The notes under the pieces are model-generated. The model had not been told where the DNA came from. It did not search any database and worked only from the letters and a program-made list of their open reading frames with translations. 64,000 nucleotides of DNA from Eledone cirrhosa (lineage: Eukaryota), in the NCBI GenBank assembly GCA_964016885.1, contig OZ024751.1, forward strand, positions 11,284,001 through 11,348,000, given 5' to 3'. How positions within the stretch are numbered: position 1 is the first letter of the stretch; each line of letters begins with the position of its first letter. The position numbers and the translations under genes were made by a program. Positions 57,020 through 64,000 of this stretch are shown here, in pieces.

Positions 57020-60000
57020 GTAGTGGTGTTGGTTGTGTGATTAGTGGTAGTGGTGGTAGTGGTGTTGGTTGTGTGGGTAGTGGTAGTGGGGGTAGTGGTG
57101 TTGGTTGTGTGGGTAGTGGTGGTGGTGGTAGAGGTGTTGGTTGTGTGGGTAGTGGTGGTAGTGGTGTTGGTTGTGTCGGTAGTGGTGGTGGTGGTAGAGG
57201 TGTTGGTTGTGTGGGTAGTGGTAGTGGTGGTAGTGGTGTTGGTTGTGTGGGTAGTGGTAGTGGTGGTAGTGGTGTTGGTTGTGTGGGTAGTGGTAGTGGT
57301 GGTAGTGGTGTTGGTTGTGTCGGTAGTGGTAGTGGTGGTAGTGGTGTTGGTTGTGTGGGTAGTGGTAGTGGTGGTAGTGGTGTTGGTTGTGTCGGTAGTG
57401 GTAGTGGTGGTAGTGGTGTTGGTTGTGTGGGTAGTGGTAGTGGGGGTAGTGGTGTTGGTTGTGTGGGTAGTGGTGGTGGTGGTAGAGGTGTTGGTTGTGT
57501 GGGTAGTGGTAGTGGTGGTAGTGGTGTTGGTTGTGTCGGTAGTGGTAGTGGGGGTAGTGGTGTTGGTTGTGTGGGTAGTGGTAGTGGTGGTAGTGGTGTT
57601 GGTTGTGTGGGTAGTGGTAGTGGTGGTAGTGGTGTTGGTTGTGTTGGTAGTGGTAGTGGGGGTAGTGGTGTTGGTTGTGTGGGTAGTGGTAGTGTGGGTA
57701 GTGGTGTTGGTTGTGTGGGTAGTGGTAGTGGTGGTAGTGGTGTTGGTTGTGTTGGTAGTGGTAGTGGGGGTAGTGGTGTTGGTTGTGTTGGTAGTGGTGT
57801 TGGTTGTGTGGGTAGTGGTAGTGGTGGTAGTGGTGTTGGTTGTGTGGGTAGTGGTAGTGGTGGTAGTGGTGTTGGTTGTGTGGGTAGTGGTAGTGGGGGT
57901 AGTGGTGTTGGTTGTGTGGGTAGTGGTGGTGGTGGTAGTGGTGTTGGTTGTGTGGGTAGTGGTAGTGGGGGTAGTGGTGTTGGTTGTGTGGGTAGTGGTG
58001 GTGGTGGTAGTGGTGTTGGTTGTGTGGGTAGTGGTAGTGGTGGTAGTGGTGTTGGTTGTGTTGGTAGTGGTAGTGGGGGTAGTGGTGTTGGTTGTGTTGG
58101 TAGTGGTGTTGGTTGTGTGGGTAGTGGTAGTGGTGGTAGTGGTGTTGGTTGTGTGGGTAGTGGTAGTGGTGGTAGTGGTGTTGGTTGTGTGGGTAGTGGT
58201 AGTGGTGGTAGTGGTGTTGGTTGTGTGGGTAGTGGTAGTGGGGGTAGTGGTGTTGGTTGTGTGGGTAGTGGTGGTGGTGGTAGTGGTGTTGGTTGTGTGG
58301 GTAGTGGTAGTGGTGGTAGTGGTGTTGGTTGTGTTGGTAGTGGTAGTGGGGGTAGTGGTGTTGGTTGTGTTGGTAGTGGTGTTGGTTGTGTGGGTAGTGG
58401 TAGTGGTGGTAGTGGTGTTGGTTGTGTGGGTAGTGGTAGTGGTGGTAGTGGTGTTGGTTGTGTGGGTAGTGGTAGTGGGGGTAGTGGTGTTGGTTGTGTG
58501 GGTAGTGGTGGTGGTGGTAGTGGTGTTGGTTGTGTGGGTAGTGGTAGTGGGGGTAGTGGTGTTGGTTGTGTGGGTAGTGGTGGTGGTGGTAGTGGTGTTG
58601 GTTGTGTGGGTAGTGGTAGTGGTGGTAGTGGTGTTGGTTGTGTCGGTAGTGGTAGTGGGGGTAGTGGTGTTGGTTGTGTGGGTAGTGGTAGTGGTGGTAG
58701 TGGTGTTGGTTGTGTGGGTAGTGGTAGTGGGGGTAGTGGTGTTGGTTGTGTGGGTAGTGGTGGTGGTGGTAGTGGTGTTGGTTGTGTGGGTAGTGGTAGT
58801 GGGGGTAGTGGTGTTGGTTGTGTGGGTAGTGGTGGTGGTGGTAGTGGTGTTGGTTGTGTCGGTAGTGGTAGTGGTGGTAGTGGTGTTGGTTGTGTGGGTA
58901 GTGGTGGTGGGGGTAGTGGTGTTGGTTGTGTCGGTAGTGGTGGTGGTGGTAGAGGTGTTGGTTGTGTGGGTAGTGGTAGTGGTGGTAGTGGTGTTGGTTG
59001 TGTGGGTAGTGGTAGTGGTGGTAGTGGTGTTGGTTGTGTGGGTAGTGGTAGTGGTGGTAGTGGTGTTGGTTGTGTCGGTAGTGGTAGTGGTGGTAGTGGT
59101 GTTGGTTGTGTGGGTAGTGGTGGTGGGGGTAGTGGTGTTGGTTGTGTGGGTAGTGGTAGTGGTGGTAGAGGTGTTGGTTGTGTGGGTAGTGGTAGTGGTG
59201 GTAGTGGTGTTGGTTGTGTCGGTAGTGGTAGTGGGGGTAGTGGTGTTGGTTGTGTGGGTAGTGGTAGTGGTGGTAGTGGTGTTGGTTGTGTGGGTAGTGG
59301 TAGTGGTGGTAGTGGTGTTGGTTGTGTTGGTAGTGGTAGTGGGGGTAGTGGTGTTGGTTGTGTGGGTAGTGGTAGTGTGGGTAGTGGTGTTGGTTGTGTG
59401 GGTAGTGGTAGTGGTGGTAGTGGTGTTGGTTGTGTTGGTAGTGGTAGTGGGGGTAGTGGTGTTGGTTGTGTTGGTAGTGGTGTTGGTTGTGTGGGTAGTG
59501 GTAGTGGTGGTAGTGGTGTTGGTTGTGTGGGTAGTGGTAGTGGTGGTAGTGGTGTTGGTTGTGTGGGTAGTGGTAGTGGGGGTAGTGGTGTTGGTTGTGT
59601 GGGTAGTGGTGGTGGTGGTAGTGGTGTTGGTTGTGTGGGTAGTGGTAGTGGGGGTAGTGGTGTTGGTTGTGTGGGTAGTGGTGGTGGTGGTAGTGGTGTT
59701 GGTTGTGTGGGTAGTGGTAGTGGTGGTAGTGGTGTTGGTTGTGTTGGTAGTGGTAGTGGGGGTAGTGGTGTTGGTTGTGTTGGTAGTGGTGTTGGTTGTG
59801 TGGGTAGTGGTAGTGGTGGTAGTGGTGTTGGTTGTGTGGGTAGTGGTAGTGGTGGTAGTGGTGTTGGTTGTGTGGGTAGTGGTAGTGGTGGTAGTGGTGT
59901 TGGTTGTGTGGGTAGTGGTAGTGGGGGTAGTGGTGTTGGTTGTGTGGGTAGTGGTGGTGGTGGTAGTGGTGTTGGTTGTGTGGGTAGTGGTAGTGGTGGT

Positions 60001-61230
60001 AGTGGTGTTGGTTGTGTTGGTAGTGGTAGTGGGGGTAGTGGTGTTGGTTGTGTTGGTAGTGGTGTTGGTTGTGTGGGTAGTGGTAGTGGTGGTAGTGGTG
60101 TTGGTTGTGTGGGTAGTGGTAGTGGTGGTAGTGGTGTTGGTTGTGTGGGTAGTGGTAGTGGGGGTAGTGGTGTTGGTTGTGTGGGTAGTGGTGGTGGTGG
60201 TAGTGGTGTTGGTTGTGTGGGTAGTGGTAGTGGGGGTAGTGGTGTTGGTTGTGTGGGTAGTGGTGGTGGTGGTAGTGGTGTTGGTTGTGTGGGTAGTGGT
60301 AGTGGTGGTAGTGGTGTTGGTTGTGTCGGTAGTGGTAGTGGGGGTAGTGGTGTTGGTTGTGTGGGTAGTGGTAGTGGTGGTAGTGGTGTTGGTTGTGTGG
60401 GTAGTGGTAGTGGGGGTAGTGGTGTTGGTTGTGTGGGTAGTGGTGGTGGTGGTAGTGGTGTTGGTTGTGTGGGTAGTGGTAGTGGGGGTAGTGGTGTTGG
60501 TTGTGTGGGTAGTGGTGGTGGTGGTAGTGGTGTTGGTTGTGTGGGTAGTGGTAGTGGGGGTAGTGGTGTTGGTTGTGTGGGTAGTGGTGGTGGTGGTAGT
60601 GGTGTTGGTTGTGTGGGTAGTGGTAGTGGGGGTAGTGGTGTTGGTTGTGTGGGTAGTGGTGTTGGTTGTGTTGGTAGTGGTAGTGGGGGTAGTGGTGTTG
60701 GTTGTGTGGGTAGTGGTAGTGTGGGTAGTGGTGTTGGTTGTGTGGGTAGTGGTAGTGGGGGTAGTGGTGTTGGTTGTGTTGGTAGTGGTAGTGGGGGTAG
60801 TGGTGTTGGTTGTGTTGGTAGTGGTGTTGGTTGTGTGGGTAGTGGTAGTGGTGGTAGTGGTGTTGGTTGTGTGGGTAGTGGTAGTGGGGGTAGTGGTGTT
60901 GGTTGTGTGGGTAGTGGTAGTGGTGGTAGTGGTGTTGGTTGTGTGGGTAGTGGTGTTGGTTGTGTGGGTAGTGGTGGTGGTGGTAGTGGTGTTGGTTGTG
61001 TGGGTAGTGGTAGTGGGGGTAGTGGTGTTGGTTGTGTGGGTAGTGGTGGTGGTGGTAGTGGTGTTGGTTGTGTCGGTAGTGGTAGTGGTGGTAGTGGTGT
61101 TGGTTGTGTCGGTAGTGGTAGTGGGGGTAGTGGTGTTGGTTGTGTTGGTAGTGGTAGTGGGGGTAGTGGTGTTGGTTGTGTGGGTAGTGGTAGTGGGGGT
61201 AGTGGTGTTGGTTGTGTGGGTAGTGGTGAG
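57020..61230. repeat. 36-bp minisatellite, ~4.2 kb
   Basis: Unit ggtagtggtagtggtggtagtggtgttggttgtgtg with 21-bp short variants. Confidence 0.97.
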
Positions 61231-61589
61231 AATGTTGGTAGTGGTGGTAGTGGTTGTGGAGGTAGTTGAGTAAGTAAGTCTCCAGTCTGGTAATGGTATT
61301 GCGCCGTGCTCGATGGTGGTGAAGATGAAAAAAGGCATCTTGTAGGGTTTCGGACAGTTGAATTGAGAGGGTTTGGGGAGATACATGTAGTGTAGGGGTA
61401 GAGGTGATAGTGTTTGGGGTAGCCTTGGTGAAGGTGGAAAGGTTATCGATCTATAAGAGTGTAGGGTGGGAAAGGGGGGATCATAAGATATGAAGGGCGG
61501 TGTGGTGTTTGAGGAATGAGATATGTTATTGATGCTAATCTGAAGGGTGGACGATTGTGGAAGTAGAGGGGGTTATAGATGGAGTGATA

Positions 61590-61618
61590 TTAGTAGTAGC
61601 ATCAGTAGTAGTAGTAGC

Positions 61619-61649
<31 letters not shown>

Positions 61650-61850
61650 GTAGTAGTATCAGTTGTAGTAGTAGTAGAAGTATCAGTTGCAGTAGTAGTA
61701 GAAGTAGTAGTAGTAATATTAGTAGTAGTGGTAGTAGTAGTGGTAGTATTAGTGGTAGTAGTGGTAGTAGTAGTAGAAGGGGTAGTAGTGGTAGTAGTAG
61801 TAGCAGCAGTAGTAGTAGTAGTTGTAGTAGTAGTAGGAGTAGTAGTAATA

Positions 61851-61881
<31 letters not shown>

Positions 61882-62368
61882 AGTAGTAATAGTAGTAGTA
61901 GTAGTAGTAGTAGTAGTAGCAGCAGTAATAGTAGTAGTAGATGTGGTGTGGTGTAGGAGCAAAAGTATTGGTGGTGGTGGTGTTAGGGTGACTGAGATAC
62001 GATATAGATGGTAACGAAGGGTGACTGGGTGTGGCGGTGCGGGCTATAGCTGGACAGACATTAGCAGTAATAGTAGTAGTAGTAGTAGTAGTAGTAGCAG
62101 TAGTAGTAGTAGTAGTTGTAGTGATAGAAGTGGTGGGGTGTAGGAGCAATAGCAGTTGTGGTGGTGGTGTTTGGGTGGAGTAAGATGTTATTGATGATAT
62201 TATGTAGGGTTGTATGAGTGCGGCTGAGGGGGAGGGCTGGAGCTGGACAGGCATTAGTAGTAGTAGTTGTGGAGATGTAGGGACAATAGTAGTGGTGGTA
62301 GTGGTGGTGGTATTTTTAGTAGCGGCAGCAGGAGTAGTACTAGCAGAAGCAGCAGTACTCGTTGTCGC

Positions 62369-62403
<35 letters not shown>

Positions 62404-62600
62404 AGTTTGTAGTTATCTCGTTGGCGCTAGAGATATGTGGTTGTTGTGGTTTTGGAGTGGTAATGGTTTTGTGGTTTTGTGGTGTGTAGTGCACGTATTG
62501 TCTTATTGATTAGATGTTACTGTTGTTGACAGTAGTGAGAGAGTAGTAGTAGTAGTAGTAGTAGCAACAACAGTAGTAGCAGCAGTAGTAGTAGCAGTAG
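61590..62600. repeat. (TAG)n-rich low-complexity region
   Basis: Direct inspection. Confidence 0.9.
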
Positions 62601-62604
62601 TAAA

Positions 62605-63750
62605 CATTTCTTCTTGATTTGACACAAGGCCAGCAATTTGAAAGGAAGGGGAAGTCGAATTAATCGATCCCAGTGCTTTACCAGTATTTTACTTTATCAA
62701 CCCCTATAAGGATGAAAGACAAAGCTGTCCTAGGCGGGATTTGATCACAGAACATAAAAGTGCCGCGGCAATATACCACAAAGCATTTTGTAGGAATCTC
62801 TACCGATACTGCCAGTAGAGTTAATGGTTTCTGATTCAGGCACAAGGGTAACAAACTCGGTAGGATTTAATCTCGGAAAGAACCTAATTATAAACAACTA
62901 AAGATTTCATTCTGAAAGCTATACCGATACTGGAATCCTCTCGCCCTATAGTAGTAGACATAATGATTTCTAGTATAGGCATAAAGCCAGTAATTTTGGG
63001 GAGGGGAGAGTCGATTAAATCGACCCCTGTACGTTACTGGTACTTTATTTTATCGACCCCGTAAATATGAAAGGCAAAGTTAACCTCGGCGGGATTTGAA
63101 CTTAGACCGTAAAGGGACGTAACTATGCTGGAAAGCATGTCGTCCGACCCTTTACCGATACTGCCAATCCACCGCCTACAGTAGTAGAAATAATTGTTTC
63201 TACTTTTTGGCACAAGGCCAGCAAATTACCCAGTGCATTACTGGTACTTTATTTTATCGACCCCGCAAGGATGAAAGGCAAAGTTAACCTCAGCGCGATT
63301 TGAACTCAGAATGGCAAGGGCCGTAACTCTATGCGTCAAAGCATGGCTTCCGACCGTCTACCGATACTGCCAATAGAAATAATTATTTCTACTTTTGGCA
63401 CAAGGCCGACAATTATCCCAGTGCATTGCTGGTACTATATTTTATCGACCTCGTAAGGATGAAAGGCAAAGTTAACCTCGGCGGGCATTGAACTCAGACC
63501 ATAAAGGGCCATAACTCTTTGCTGTAAAGCATGGCGTCTGACCCTGCCAATAGAAATAATGATTTCTACTTTAGGCACAAGACAGTAATTTGGGTGCGTG
63601 AGGGAAAGCCGTTTATATCGACGCCAATTCTTTACTGGTACTATATTTTATCCACCACGGAAGGATGAAAAGCAAAGCTGGCCTAGGTGGGCTTTGATCT
63701 CTGAACGTAAAAGGGCCGTGACAATATGTCACGAAACATGTTGTTCGGCG
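62605..63750 (-). mobile_element. Array of six to seven head-to-tail SINEs of different ages
   Basis: Copies begin near 62605, 62822 (deleted), 62961, 63191, 63380 and 63557. Confidence 0.88.
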
Positions 63751-64000
63751 CTCTATATCTTGTTCGGCGCTCGGATGCTGCAAATCCCTGGCTCTGTAGT
63801 GGAGTTAATGTTTTGTAATTATTGGTTTTGTTAGTTTTATTGTTTGTAGCGCTAGGTATGCCCTAGGTCAGCCCTGATCAATATGGGTTACGGTCAAAAA
63901 TATTTCCAACTATGACCATTGTGCTCGGATCTCGCAGAAAGTAACTGATGTTCATTCTTCGGTGGTGATGGTGGTAGAGGGGTGGTAAAGGTGGTGGTGA

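Noticed and set aside
56989-61386. 1465-aa Thr-rich mucin-like ORF and the two ~1410-aa opposite-strand ORFs
   Set aside because: Produced by a stop-free 36-bp minisatellite open in three frames; no signal peptide or domain.

Overview
Repeat-saturated eukaryotic DNA with no recognisable host protein-coding exon. The SINE family and very long (TA)n/(CA)n/(TATG)n tracts suggest a cephalopod (Octopus-like) genome, which is an inference. Nearly all ORFs in the track are microsatellite artefacts. The real coding content is retrotransposon-derived: one apparently full-length L1/Tx1-type LINE (about 17450-23155), which with three 3' fragments sits in (TATC)n-type tracts; a CRE-like restriction-like-endonuclease fragment; non-autonomous RTE-like elements; and about 30 tRNA-derived SINE copies, many in head-to-tail arrays. 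The main hidden signal is about 20 minimal type I hammerhead ribozyme (HHR) motifs, some intact and some degenerate. Most lie in short unique islands between (TA)n tracts. Many of these islands share one architecture: two copies joined head-to-head with 3' ends pointing out into (TA)n, one arm carrying an extra 35-100 nt tail. The best example is a 310-bp HHR-containing tandem array plus an inverted copy at 39220-40450, resembling a non-LTR retrozyme or Penelope pseudo-LTR. All motifs and pairings were read by eye and boundaries are approximate.
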